From the NCBI GenBank assembly GCA_037447605.1, contig CM074804.1, forward strand, positions 1,674,001 through 1,738,000: a stretch of DNA of 64,000 nt, written 5' to 3'. Each line of letters begins with the position of its first letter. Position 1 is the stretch's first letter. The translations under genes were made by a program, and so were the position numbers. The notes under the pieces were generated by a model that made no database searches, had not been told where the DNA came from, and saw only the letters and a list, made by a program, of their open reading frames with translations. The stretch is from Zygnema circumcarinatum SAG 698-1b. Taxonomy: Eukaryota; Plantae; Zygnematophyceae. Positions 26,001 to 39,300 of the stretch are shown here, piece after piece.

Positions 26001-28493
26001 TGATGGATGGCATCCGCACCCGCATGAGTGCCATTGCCTCCAATAACAAACAACATATTGATTCCTCGCGCCTGCATACAAAGTTTCACAAATTTTCCCT
26101 CCCCACGTCATCCTGAGAGCCCCACCACCAACTGCAAAGGAACTGAGAAATTCAGGATTTTAAGTGAGCAAATCTATCAAACCCTATATATTATTGCAAA
26201 GGCGCTCCTTGCATTGCGGCATCTTTACCTCCAAACTATCCACAATGTCACTTGTTTTACTCCCACCCCGTGAAACGCCGAGAAGAGAGCCTCCCATAAG
26301 GTGAACGTTAGCAACCATGTTTCTTGAAAGCTGCAACCATGGATTCCCAGAAAGAAATGGAGCCGCTTTAGCAGTCCCCTAAAACCAAGGATTGAATAAA
26401 ATAACAGTCTTTAGCATGGAAATAGACACACTTTACGACAGAAATGGTATGAGCTACTGGAATCTAGTTAGGCTATATGTTTAGAAGAAAGGTTGATGTA
26501 CTACAACCTAGCGTGGAACAGCAACCCTGACTTCCTTTATCGAATCTCACCTCTATGGGAGGAAACGCGTCATCAAAGAAGCCTCGGTAGCCATATCGAA
26601 TGCCGGAAATGCTTCGAACGCCGTAAGAATCGAGAGTCATCACAATCTGCTTCCCCAATTCATGAGTGTTTCGTGATGTCAGGTCAAAAACATATTAAGA
26701 CAAAGGCAGAAACAGTGCAAGAAAACCAAAAAACAAGGGGAATTTGACCGAAACACTCACTTGGCGAATGACATCATTCAGTCCTGGGCAGAGTCCACCA
26801 CACGTCACAATCGCCGCCTTCACAGTCTGTGGGTTGAAGTAAATACGAGGACGAGGACCCGCTCTCACTAACCTGGAATCCAGCAAAGGTTGGGTAGCCG
26901 AACGTAAAAATTTAAAGCTTCGATATAAGCTTTTCACACTTCTCTCTAATCATAAAAGTCGAATAGAACAACTCTGTTCTTCACACTTTGCGCGCTCTCT
27001 CTCGCCCTCTCTCAAAACCCCTCCCCACGGCCCCCCTCCTCCTTCAACGACCCCGTGATTCTCCTCTCCCCCTTTCCTGCCCTCCGTTTCCACTCTCACA
27101 CACATCTTCTGATTCTATTTCTCCTCCGCCCCTCTCTCTCTCCCCCACCGCTTCCTCTTCCTTTTCCCCTCTCCCTCCCCCTCCCCCCCCCCTTCAACTT
27201 TGCAGCTGGACACAGACCAGTGATGGTAGAAGTTGCAGTCATCCGCACATTCAGCGCCCGCAGTGGCGGGATGGGAGTACTTGATCACCTGTTCGTTCAC
27301 CGCACAGCAAACAAACATTCATTAAAGTGAATTAATCAAGCCATGCAGAGAGCTTATGATCTGCACTACCGCATTCACCGGGAACGACCAACAGCTCGTC
27401 AACAGAATAATTGGAGAAAAAACAGTTTTCTTTAATAACTTTTAACCAACAGAACTATCCCACAGATATAAACTTCTCTACTCCAGAAAAAGTGTACCTT
27501 CACAGTTTAAGCTGCTGTCAGACAATACCTCGGAAGCACACACATTGTAGAGACATAAATCCACAATACGACAGCCTTCCTTATTCGTCAAGACAAAAAA
27601 AAAAACGGGAGAGAATTATAAGCCATGCATTCTGATCTTAAGACTAAGAAATTAACACTTTGAATCATGGTTATGAATGTACGAATGTTGATCGACTACC
27701 TTGAGAAGCACTTTATCGTTGTCGTGCACAAAAAGGGAGCTGGTTCCCAGCTCTTGCAGCTCTGGATCGGCTATCCTTCCATTACTCCTTACGGGCAGGG
27801 GACAGCTGCTCAAAAACAAACACAAAAAAAGAAAAGTTACAGCTGTCATAAGCAACTGCATGACCGATCCTTATAACCAACTGTGATGATTAACAGGAAG
27901 GATTACCTGATCTCGAGAATTCAAAGGAGATGAGCGAAAAAAATATTAAAAAAAAAAACGTGATTCTGTCAATGCCCACACTGCAACACTAGTTCCAATT
28001 GAAGTCAAAAGTTCCAGTTGTAGTTGACAAGTCCTGACATGGCAAATAAGGAACCTCACCTTGTTTTTGTGCAGAAATTGGACATGAGAGGGTCCTCTTG
28101 AGGGAACAGATCCGTGACATGCGGCAGCCAATAGCGCTTGCGCAGATCCGCCTCGATGGGGTCGTCGATCATCTCCAAATACTCCTCCAGCGTCACGCGG
28201 TCCAAACTGCTGCTGCCAGCCACCGCCATGGACGGCTCGCCTCTCCTTCCCTTGAAGGAGGGAGAGGGAGAGCTAAGGAGTGAGATTCTCTTCAAGGCTC
28301 TCCTCTCCTGCCGACTGGCTCCTGCACTCACGCTCTTGCAGATGCTGGAGCGTTGGAGACCAGCGAACTGCTGGAAGGGAGCGTGCGGAGGAGGAGAAAG
28401 GTGGCAAGAGGTAGCCATGGCGCCGGCGCTGGACTCTGATGGGAGATCGGACGACCAAGAGAGGGTCTGAGAAGGGGCAAGCGGAGCCGCCAT
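23007..28493 (-). CDS. PFK5: ATP-dependent 6-phosphofructokinase, plastid PFK5-type (multi-exon; start at 28493 or 28418)
   Basis: Ser-rich transit-peptide-like first exon, followed by [85 protein letters not shown] and [16 protein letters not shown]. Confidence 0.93.
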
Positions 28494-28818
28494 GGATTCA
28501 AGCTCCGAGAGAAAGATTGGATGGGGGGAGAAACTGCAACAGGGACAGGGGCTCCACTGCCCCCTCTACTGAAGCATCGCCAATGGAGACGCACCACGTA
28601 GGCAATATTTTACACGTGGCAAATATTCATTGGAAGATGCTCGAACTAAGAAAAAAGGCCCCAATGGGGTTTGTGAGTTTTTCGCACATGCCAAGAACGG
28701 GTGCGATTGGATGTAGGTCCACATGGCGAGCTCTCATTGGAGCCCACTGAAAATGGGAGCATGTCATTGGCGGACGAAGCGCGCAGGGCCGAGTCGCAGG
28801 GAGGGCGGCCGCGGCGGC

Positions 28819-28831
28819 TTCCCGCGCCAAA
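28819..28831. promoter_or_regulatory. Overlapping double E2F site TTCCCGCGCCAAA in the PFK5/SRAP divergent promoter
   Basis: TTCCCGC on the + strand overlaps TTTGGCGC on the - strand, ~640 bp upstream of the SRAP ATG. Confidence 0.55.
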
Positions 28832-29467
28832 GGGAGGAGATATTTTCGGCAGACCGAAAGGGAAGTTCAGGGCAAAGGAAACTTTTCAACAATTCGCAGT
28901 TCAGCGAACAAAATGATACACTTTTGAAAATACCATATGGGATCGTGGGATCGGAACGTTTCTTTCTTTTTTACTTTCTGTTTTCTAACTAAATATTAAA
29001 TAAATCGGGCAGTCACAGAAAACTTTCAGAGTCGGCGCTCCCTCGCCGACAGTGGCGAGAATCTTCAGCGCGTGTTGCGCAGGTCGCCACGTGGAGGAAT
29101 GCACGTACGGTCACCGACCTAGGAGCATTGAACACCTGTCATTTAGACGCCACGTGGACGGTACTTTGTCTGTTCCGACAGATATTTGTCTGCCACAATC
29201 GCTCTGTACGGATGGGTACCGTACACTAACAATACCAGTATATTGTATAAACGATACGATACGATGCGTATCGATGCGCAGAGCCTCTCCCTTTTCTCCC
29301 TCCTGCTTGGCTGTCTTCCTTCCTCTCGCACTGGAGCAGTGTGCTGCGTGCTGCGGGAGGCAAGGAAGGAGCCTCCTTTTGTGGAGGAGGAGGAGGAGGC
29401 AACCTAGGCTCCGAGTACGTTAGGGCTGGCTGGCAGGGTGTAGGGCTTTGGAGGCAGCGGGGACGGC

Positions 29468-31061
29468 ATGTGCGGGCGGCAGCGGTGCACGCTGGGGCCC
29501 GACAGCGTGTTCAGGGCCGCGCGAGTGCACACGCGACGCTGGAACGACCAGCAGAGGTTGGTTGGTCGACCCGGCTGTAGCGCCTCGTTTTACTGCTGTA
29601 GCTGTTCCTGCTTTTCTAGTTGACGTTCTGCTGCCTTAGCTGTTGTGTAGCTCTAATTCTCCTTTTTAAGTATTGTCCTACTGCTGTAGCTTCACGCCCT
29701 ACGGCTGTAGCAGCTCTCCTTGCTACAGGCCCTGCTTGAGCTGCAGTAGCTTCTATTGAAACTTTGCGACTTATTTTGCTTCAGCGTGCGACTTGACACT
29801 CTTTCTTCCTCCCTCCCATTCTCCCTCCCCCTCGCTCTCTCCAGTTACCGGCCCTCTTATAACGTGGCACCTGGCTCCTACACCCCCGTAGTCAGAATGG
29901 TGAATGGAGGGGAGGGAGGGGGAGGGAGCGGAACGGGAGGAGGGAAAGAGAGGGCAGTCCAGTCTATGAAGTGGGGCTTGGTTCCGAGCTTCACTAAGAA
30001 GTCCGAAAAACCCGACCACTATCGCATGGTGAGTTTTGGACTTTGAAATATCTTTGCAAATGTTGAAAGCGAATAGTAACATCATTGTGCATGATGTTGA
30101 TTTCATTAAAATTGTCATAGTATTTTGCCATGCGTAGTTGCCGGCACTTTTCTCAAATCCTTTTTGCTGGCGAAAGCATAGAGTAGGAGTGGACTGTAAA
30201 ACTTACTCCTTCCTCCCTCTCGCACCCTAGAAGGAGAACAGGGAAGCAAAAAGGCTTTGAGTTCCGTTGAACCTTGTTGTTTTATGAGAATATTATTGCC
30301 CCTTAAGTGAAATGTTAATGTCCATATGCTCCTTGTATGATGTTTTGTGTCCTGCAAGAGCAGGTAAAGCAGGGGGTTGGGTTCTGCAGTTCAACGCTCG
30401 CTCGGAGTCTGTGCTGGAAAAGGCTTCTTTTCGGAGGCTGATTCCGCGGAACCGCTGCCTTGCTTTAGCAGAGGGGTGAGGACTTTGAAACCCTAAAATC
30501 CCTCATGTCTTAATGTCACTTTTTTTCCTTGTCCCTTCAAGTTTTGAAAGTATCTGTGTAATTGGTATAGTTGAAGAAGATAGAACATAGTATGGTAGAA
30601 GACGATAGTATGGTCCTGAAAATGTTGATCGTTCTTGCAAACCCTAATAAAACTAAGGATGTTTAAGTTATGAAGTCCTTACCAACAAATCTTCACTGAA
30701 GCCACCCACCTTGTGCAGCAATGTCTTGAGCCGTTTTCACCCATATCAGTTTATGAAGTTTCTGTCAAATATTTACAAAACTTTGTTGAAAACAATTAGA
30801 TTGATGACTGATATGATGGTAGCAATCTATTAGGAGGCAATGTTATAAGTTGAACAAAGTTTAAATCATAAGATTGTTGAATGTGGGGTTCATGTAGCAG
30901 CTTCTTTGAGTGGAAAAAGGATGGCAGTAAGAGACAGCCATATTACATTCACTTAGCAAATGGGGAGCCATTTGTATTCGCAGCTCTTTATGACCGATGG
31001 GAAGATGAGCAAGGTACCCCCTCCCTCTTTCTCTTCATCTCTCTCGTCCTCTCTCTCTCTC

Positions 31062-31105
<44 letters not shown>

Positions 31106-33171
31106 CAATCTCTTCTATCACAATATATGTTCCTTCACATTTGCTCGTTTAATGTAAGCCAATACCTCTTCTCAAGGTGTGATCTCTTTTGAATCACTCC
31201 GCTTATCATGCGGAGACTCTAAACAGCCCATCATCTGGTGACATGGAGTTTGGTTTCAGTAGTATGATTCTGTTTTCCGTGCTGTGAAACTGCAGGGAAT
31301 TCAATGTACAGTTACACAATTTTGACAACCAGAGTGTGCAAGCGCTTGGAATGGCTTCATGGTGGGGCCCACCCTTCCCCTACCCCCACCATCCATGCAC
31401 TGTCCATGTGTTCACATGCTGCTATCGTTGTTGTCGAATGTTTCATGTGCTTTGTGTGTTTTATTTGAATTTTGTAGGCTTAGTGTTTTGTATGCTTTGA
31501 TATGTTGATGCGACTTGTGCTTCGTTGATGCTGTCCAGCATGTGTCATGGATGGCAACTTTATGTTGGTGTCGTTTGTACGTTGATGTTTGAATGAGATG
31601 CATTGTGGGTAAGTAAAATATGAATCTTAAAATTGATGTTGTGGTGGCGTGATGTTGTTGATGATTTTGTGCATATCTTGTTATGATTTTGTTGATGTTT
31701 ATGCATATGTTAATGTGTATGTTGACGTAAACTGTTGGGGTGCAGATCGCATGCCGGTGCTGTTGAGGGACGAGGAGGCAGCGAGGGCGTGGTTGGAGGG
31801 GGACCTCAGTGCGGAGGACATTGGGAGGCTCTCACAGCCCTACGAGCAGCCGGACCTGGTGAAAGAAGTCCCATTGATAACATAGGGGAGAACGACATTT
31901 GTGATTGTTATACTAGCAAGGAGTGAACAGTTGATTCGTCCTTCTGTGACAGTAGTCCATGAAGGTGTAGGATGATGCATGATGCATAGGAGGCAATCAG
32001 ACAGTTGCAGTTTTTGTTGGGTGGCACTGAGAAGGAATGATGGGAAGGGTGTGGTCTGGGGGTCAGGTGTGGCATGCAGTCACTCCTGCCATGGGAAAGC
32101 CTTCGTTTGATGGGCCTGAGTGTGTTGCAGAGGTAAGTGATGTCGTTTGCGGTGACACATACTCTCTATCTTTCTCTCACTCTGTCTCTCCGCCCTTCTC
32201 CCCCCTCCCCTCTTTCCCCCTCTTTCGCCCTTTCTCTCTTCCTTTATCTCTCTCTCTCTCTCTCTATACACATCTGTACGAGCAGCAGCAGATTGACACA
32301 GGCATTAGTGCTCGAAATTTTGCAGCTGAAAACGAAGGAGGTGAAAACGAGTGCCATTGCGAATCTGTTTAAGAAGAGAAAGCAGGAAACGGGAGAGGAG
32401 GCAGCTGGGTGTCTCCCAGAATCCCCTCTTACTGGGCCCAATAAGGAGGCCCTGGAAAGTGATGTGGAAGATGTTGAAAGAGGGGATGCTGGAACAACAC
32501 AGGTGAAGAGTCAGGAGGTGGGAGATGACTCGATTAAAGAGGATTTGTGTGAGATGGATGGGGAGATGAAGGAGAGCATGCTTGAGAGTAGGAAGGCAGG
32601 AGGTACGACTAACATTATCAAGGAAGAGGCGGGAGAGGAGTTTGGGCGAGTTTCCTTCATCAAGGAAGAGGAGGATGGAAGCGTCCCCTTCGTGAAGGAA
32701 GAGAAGGGAGAGCAGGATGGAAGAGAGGAAGACCGTTTGGGAGATTATCCATGTACAGGAGAGGATCCGCTTAACGGGAGCAGTGCAGGAGGGAGTGAAA
32801 GTGGGGTTCAGGGCCAAGGAGGAGAGGGAGTGAAGTTAGAGCCTGATGAGAGAGGAGAGGGAGGGATGGAGCAGGAAAAGCCTGGAAGTCCCTCTCTTCA
32901 AGGGGCAGTTAAGCAGGAGAAGGTGAAGGAGGAGGTTCCGGAATCAGGGTTCTGTAGTAAGGAGATACGAACTTCCGTTGCACAAAACGGAACGGAGATA
33001 GGAAAGAAACGACAATGGGCAGATGGCGGAACGGCTGACATGGAAAGGAAGCAGGTTCGGAGAGGAGGGGGGCCTGCTGGAGGGGGGGGTAAAGGGAGGA
33101 CGCCTTTGAAAGGGAAGGCGGGAGACACTGAGAAACAGCAAACGCTACTGTCTTTTTTCCAAAAAAAATGA
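29468..33171 (+). CDS. HMCES: SRAP-domain abasic-site processing protein (HMCES/YedK-like) with an acidic tail and C-terminal PIP box
   Basis: Starts MCGR (catalytic Cys2) and contains YRPSYNVAPG, MKWGLVPSF, FNARSE, EGFFEW and HDRMP. The final exon ends KQQTLLSFFQKK* at 33171. Confidence 0.93.
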
Positions 33172-33940
33172 ATAAATTGAAAAAGCGCAAGAGAATTGCG
33201 ACGTCTCAAAGTGAGGAGGTATATTTTATCGTAAAATTGAATGTCCTTGTATAGCTTTAATTTCGTACGGCTTCAAGAGAAACGAGAGTCTCTCGACTTG
33301 ACACAGGCGACCTCTCCTACACACACCACTCCCTCTCACACACGCAGACTCTCTCTCCCCCCCCCCCCTCGATGCCTCTCCTACCTCTCCCTCTTTCCTT
33401 CCACCGCTCTTTGTCTCTCTTCAGTCTGCTCTGTCCTCTCCACCTTCTCCCTCCCACTCCTCCGCCATCCGTCTCTTGGCGCTGTCTCTCTCACTCCCAC
33501 TCTCCCTCCCTTCCCTGTTCACTCTCCTTCTCTCCCTCCCTCCGTTGTTCTCTCTCCTACTCGTCTTCACTCACAAAGGCATTTACGAAGAAATGAAGCT
33601 GTCCATTCAAGTCCAAGCAACTCGTTATTTAAATGGTTTAAACCATCCATAGACCAGAAACTTGCTTAATGGCGCGACAAACCAAAGTTAACTTTACGTT
33701 AAAATGTAGTGAAGTTACCTCGATGTCAAGCCATCATCTTGGAAGCAAGCAATCAATAAGTTCCGCCTCAAACCTAACAAAAGAATCTTTTCTACACTAT
33801 ACACATGAATGTCAGTAAAAAATGCGATTCGTTTTCCGATCCGTTCTCTTCTGTGCTTTTGTTCAGTTCCACTGGAAATCTACACATGTAGTCAATGTAA
33901 TGGGAACCACTTGGACAACTATGGGAGTGTCATTCACAGT

Positions 33941-34815
33941 CTATACACTTGTAGGGGGATCTGAAGTAGAGACGGGAGGTGTAGCAGGAGGAGAGGATGG
34001 TCGCAGGGGCGGTTCAGATGCAGAGCCCTGTGCCGCTAGGGCTTCCTTGGCAGCTTTCAGCAGAGCAGCCTGAGCCCTCTCCTTCACCTCCTCCTGCAGA
34101 ACGAGGCACATACAAAAGACTCAGTAATAGAAAAAGGCCTCAAAGTTGAAAACTTAGTAACTGACTAACTGACCGAAGGGAGTCCTGTCACGAATGTCCC
34201 TACTCACACTCTCTCCACGTGTACTCTCCACTTGTTCTCTCCCCTCCCCATCTCCCCCCTCCCCCGCTCTATCCTCCCCCCCTGTTCCCACCCTCTCTTC
34301 CTTCCCCCTCTCTCCCTTCTTTCCTGTCCCCTCTCCACTCTCCCCTCCCCTCACTAGCCTTCTTAATCTCTAATCCACAACTCTCTATCCCCCCTTGCTA
34401 TTTAGCTCACCCACTCTCTACCCTCTTTCTCTCATCCCTTCCGTCTCTCGACTCATAAGTATCCTTCTAGCCTACATCAACTAATGAAAAAAAATATTTT
34501 TATTTTCTATTTTTTTACAGCTAAGTTTTCCCCGACCTGAAAACCCCTGAAAACCCAATAATTACAACACCAGAAAGCCCTACTATCCAGAAAACCCCAA
34601 GCACCAGAAAGCCCGGAACATTTTGCAAACCCTGGTATGTATATTTATATATAGAATACTTTTCTTCTCTCTCTCATTCTCTCTCTCTCGCTCTCTCACT
34701 CTGCTCCTCCCTCCCGCCCGCTCGTCCCACCCCCTTCCCAACCTCTCCCCCCTTTACCCCCCTCCCTCCCCTCCCTCCCTCCATCCTCCCTCCCATTTTC
34801 TCGCTCTCCTCTCTC

Positions 34816-34850
<35 letters not shown>

Positions 34851-35480
34851 ACTCTCAAGACTGTACCTGGAACTGGCGAGTCTGCTCCTTCTGCTCCGCC
34901 TGGCGCTGACTCACTTCACTGATGAACTCGCCCACAGCTCGTCCCAAACGCTCGTTCAAAATCTCCGCCAGAGCTCGTCCCAGAAAGAATGCATCTAAAA
35001 TTGCTTTGCTCGTGGGATCTTCTGGCAAAAAAAAAATTAAAAAAATAAATAAATAAAAACGAATGGGGTGTCAGTTTCCTGCCGGATCAGCTAAGCATAT
35101 GAACTTCTTAACGGAATTGTCCAGAAGTTGGAGATATCGGAGTGTCTCAAATGAGTTGCGTATTCTGAACTTCAGTTCTCAAGGGCTCTCTGATATTTAA
35201 AGCCTTTTCATTCCGGGTTCCTGGGGCTTCTACGGTTTTCTGAAGTATTGGAGGTTCCGGGTGTTCCGTCCCTCTTCTCACCCTCCGGTTGTTTCCCACC
35301 CCCGTATTTTGCAGAAACCTTCAATCCATGGCGATTTCGCTGGGCCATAGAAGCCCTCCTCCCAGTTAAGGAAGCTTCATGAACCCTGGAAACCCTCCCT
35401 GAACCCCCAAGCTCCCTCTCCCCCCTCGCGAGAAAAGGAGACGGCTTCAGAGTGGCGGAGCAGCCTACGCAGAAGGACAT
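33941..35480 (-). CDS. Small plastid-targeted protein, At4g13200-like
   Basis: Exons 35480-35282, 35021-34867 and 34093-33941 (not present as a single ORF in the track) join in frame. The core reads SKAILDAFFLGRALAEILNERLGRAVGEFISEVSQRQAEQKEQTRQFQEEVKERA. Confidence 0.85.
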
Positions 35481-36363
35481 GGCGCCGGGAGGAGTGAGAG
35501 AAAGGGGGAGGAGAGGGAGGGGAGGGGAGGGAGAGCGAGTGTGAGAGAGGGGAGGGAGAGCGATGGAGCAGAGAGGGTCGTGGGAAGCAAATGGATGTTG
35601 AAGGGCCGGAACGCATTGACCTTAACCCTATGTCCCTTACCACCAATCACATTCTGCCACGTCAGAAAAATGGTGTTCGTGGCAGACCCTGATTGGCTTT
35701 CAACTCTCTTAGAGCCGTGTTGTTGTTGGGCCACGACGCAAAGTTCAAGTTCCCTCGTGGTTCCTACCCCATGGTGCCTTTGGCCAGAGCACATTTCATG
35801 CCATGGCCATCCTCGCGAGGTCAGGGCCAAGCGCGTCCCCCTGCGACTGACTGCGCGGCGATGCAAAACTGCGAACCAAACTGCAGACTCACCGTTGGGA
35901 GCAATTCTCGGCCTCGCAGATAGACGAGTAAACTCTTCAATTTGCGGTGCGATACATGAAGTATCGGCCCCGCTCATCCTCTAAACCAGTCGATATGCGC
36001 TCTGGACTTGGGAGCTTCTAGAGAGTAGGTAGTTCCCGCGAGCAGGGAAACAGCAATCGGCCATATTTGAAGGTGGCGAGTCCCCCTATAGAAGATTCTG
36101 GAGGGAGGTGGGCTTTGATCGGAGGAGTGGGTCGGACTGAGAGCGGTGCCTTTCCCTCTTCTCTCCCACCAGTCACGGCCCTCACAGCTCTCTTTAGCAG
36201 CTGGTACAGAGACTTAAATCCTTAGTTTGCATTTGGAACTCATTTCCTAATTGTATGACATCAGTTTTGGATCTCTTCATTCTAGTTTGAACCGTAACCT
36301 TAATTTCTGATCCTTCAACCTATTTTCTAACCCTTAAATCTAGCGTTTAACCAGTAAACCTAA

Positions 36364-39300
36364 ATGGCGACCGAGTTGGAGGCGAAGGCGAATGCCAAAT
36401 TTGTGGAGGAAGACTTTGAGGCGGCTATAGAGCTGTACACTCAGGCGCTGCAGCTAAACCCTAATAATGCAAACCTCTATGTCAGCAGAGCAGCTGCATA
36501 TACGAAAATAGATAACTTCACAGGTAAATTGTGCTAATATTAGTTAATAGTTTTGCCTGAATGGCATGTATGCCTGGGTATATGATGCATATGTATGTAT
36601 GTCATGCAGGCCTCCGTTTTTATAATGTTTTGAAGTTGTCAAGGGGTTTGAGTCGTTATATGTTTGGAAAGTTTCAAAAGAATTCGGGATGTGCGTTCTT
36701 TAAATTTTGAGTTTAGAGTTTGCTGAGATTTAAGAGAATTCTTGGGGCCTTAGATAATGGGCCTTTGTGAGCTTAGAAAAATAAAACAAATCTTGCAAGC
36801 CTTTCATTTTCTATTTCATTTGAAGTGCAGATGCGGTTTCGGACTCGAACAAAGCGATTGAGCTGCAGCCCACTTTATCAAAGGCCTTTTTACGCAAGGG
36901 GTACAGCTCTATTCTAAATTTAGATAGCCATTTCATTCCCTATTGTGGTTCTCACATTTGCCCATTTCAGCTGGTCTTCCCTTTTCTGGTTTCTAAGAAA
37001 TCAGAATTTAGCGATTCCTGAATTACCGCTGCCTCCCTCATTTCTTCACTGGATTTTTGTTTTCCTTTTTCTTTTTTATTTGCACCTTTCAGCATTGCGT
37101 GCTTTTCACTGGAGGAGTATCAGACCGCCCTCGTAGCCTTTAGGAATGGGGCGGAGCTGGAGAGGGAAAATCCGCAGTTCAAAAAGTGGATTCGGAAATG
37201 TCAAGCAGAGATTGAAGGTTTGTGCACATGCATGTCGGAAAGGGAGGGACAGTAGGGAGAGGGAAGGGGAGTGATGGGGGAGGAAACGAGGGGATGAGAG
37301 GGAGAGGGGGACGAGGAGGGAGAGGGAGAGGAAGGAGAGAGGGGACGTGGAAGGAGGGAGAGAGGGAGAGGGGGGCACATAAGAGGAGAGAGAGGAGTGT
37401 TGGGGAGAAGAGAAAGAGGCAACGGCCGGGGTCAATGGGGCAGGGGGGGGAACCAAGGGGGCATAGAGAGAGATAGAGAGAGAGATATGCGAGCGGAAGA
37501 GAAGGGGGTGGCAAAAGGGGACGGCGAAAGAGAGAAAGAGAGTGAGAAAGACAGAGAGAGAAAGGGGCAGGAGACTGAAAAGCAAGAGGGGAAATGTGGG
37601 GGCCGAGGGAAGGCGAAAAGCTGTGATTAGCGAGAGAGCAAGTGGGGAAAGGGAAGGTGAAGAGGGTGAGGAGGACCAAACTAGGTAGGAAGTGGCGAGA
37701 GCGAGAGTGAGGGCACAGAGAGAAAGTGGAAAAGGGAGAGAGAGGGGCAGGGAGGGAAGGGAAAACAGGAGTGTTTGATACTTTCTTCAGGGATTCGTCC
37801 TTCTGTGCAGATGAAGGCGGTTCTTTAGAGGAGCAAAATCCCTCACCCATTGCTCCCAAACCTACCGATGCAGAAGGAGCCATAGCTGCACCTCCCACTC
37901 CCACAGCTCCAGTAGAGCCTCCCCCAGCTCCCACCCCCCCAGCTCCACCCAAATTCAGGTAAAGCATAACCGGTCTAACCCGGTTGTGAGCTCGGTGATA
38001 ACGCTTGTTTCTTGTTTGCACTTTTTAATGATTTTGTTTAATTTTTTTTTTGATCCCCTTGCTCACCCTTCCTATTTCGTCAGCCACTTTCTCCCGATCG
38101 CGCTTTCCTTTCTGTCTCGTTGTTTTGCTCTCCCTCCTCTCGCTAATTTTCTCTCTCCCTGCTTGCCCTTTCTCCCCCCTCCCCATCCAGCCGCTTGTTC
38201 CCACTAACCCGCCCCTCTCTCTCTCTCTACCTCTGCCCTCTGCCTTGCTTTCACTCTTTCCCTCTCTCCCTCTCAGCATTGATCACAAAATATGCACCAT
38301 TGTTGCACTGCTGCTGGAAGGAAGTAGATTGTTACAGAAACCACGTGGTTACAAAAGTTGGGACAGTTTAGTTCAAAAAAAATCCCTAGTCATGCTGGTT
38401 GGTAAAAAATGGTTATTGGGGCAGACATGAGTGGTATCAGACACAGGAAGACGTAGTCGTGACGGTTTTTGCGAAAAATGTGGATCCAAATAATTTGGAT
38501 CTGGAATTCGGTGAGCAAATTGTGAGTTTTTTTTCACGCCTTGTCTTTCTCTCTCTCTCTTTCTCTCTCTCGCTCTCTCTCTCTTTCCCCTCACCTGCTC
38601 CCGCCCCCCCACTCTCTCTCTCTTCGTTTCTCTTATTTCCGATCCCAACCATAATCTCTGCCCCCCGGCTGGCCCTATGTCCAGTTCTTCTCTCACCTCC
38701 CACTCTTCCTCTCTCAACTCTCTCACTCGCTCTCCCTTGCGTTTCTCATCGTCTCTCCCTCCGCCCTCTCTCTTTATTCTGTCCCTCTTTCGCCCCCCTG
38801 CCTCTCCCCTTACTCCCTCCTCTGTCCCTGTACGGATCGGAACAAACCTACCTGACATTCCTTAGCCCAGTCCCAAGTTTTTATCCCCTTCTCCCTTTCT
38901 TAATTATTTATTAATTCTTAATTATTTCTTTCTTTTTTCTTTTGGGTTCGGGCAGTTGAGTGTAGTTATTAGCCTGCCCAACGAGGAACAGTACATTTTG
39001 CAGCTCCGCCTGTTCGGGAAGGTAATTGTTTTCACCATGTCTTTCTCTAATTCTTTGAATTCCTCTTCCAGCTGCAGTTTCAGTTTCAGTTCCATCTCGT
39101 CTCAGTTTCAATCGCAGTTTCAGTTCAACGCCCACTTTGAGAAAAGCATTGTGACGCACTTAACTTTCTTTCTTAGCTTGATTTGACTTGACTTGACTTG
39201 GCTTGGCATGACGTATTGACATGACTCTACTTAACTTCACTTAAATTTTTTTCATTTTTCTACAATTCAGATTGTCCCTGAAAAATGTCGCCACTCTGTA

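Noticed and set aside
29560-29750. Repeated CTGTAGC motif and an 8-bp hairpin in SRAP intron 1
   Set aside because: Short and irregular, with no termini or period; not distinguishable from local low complexity.
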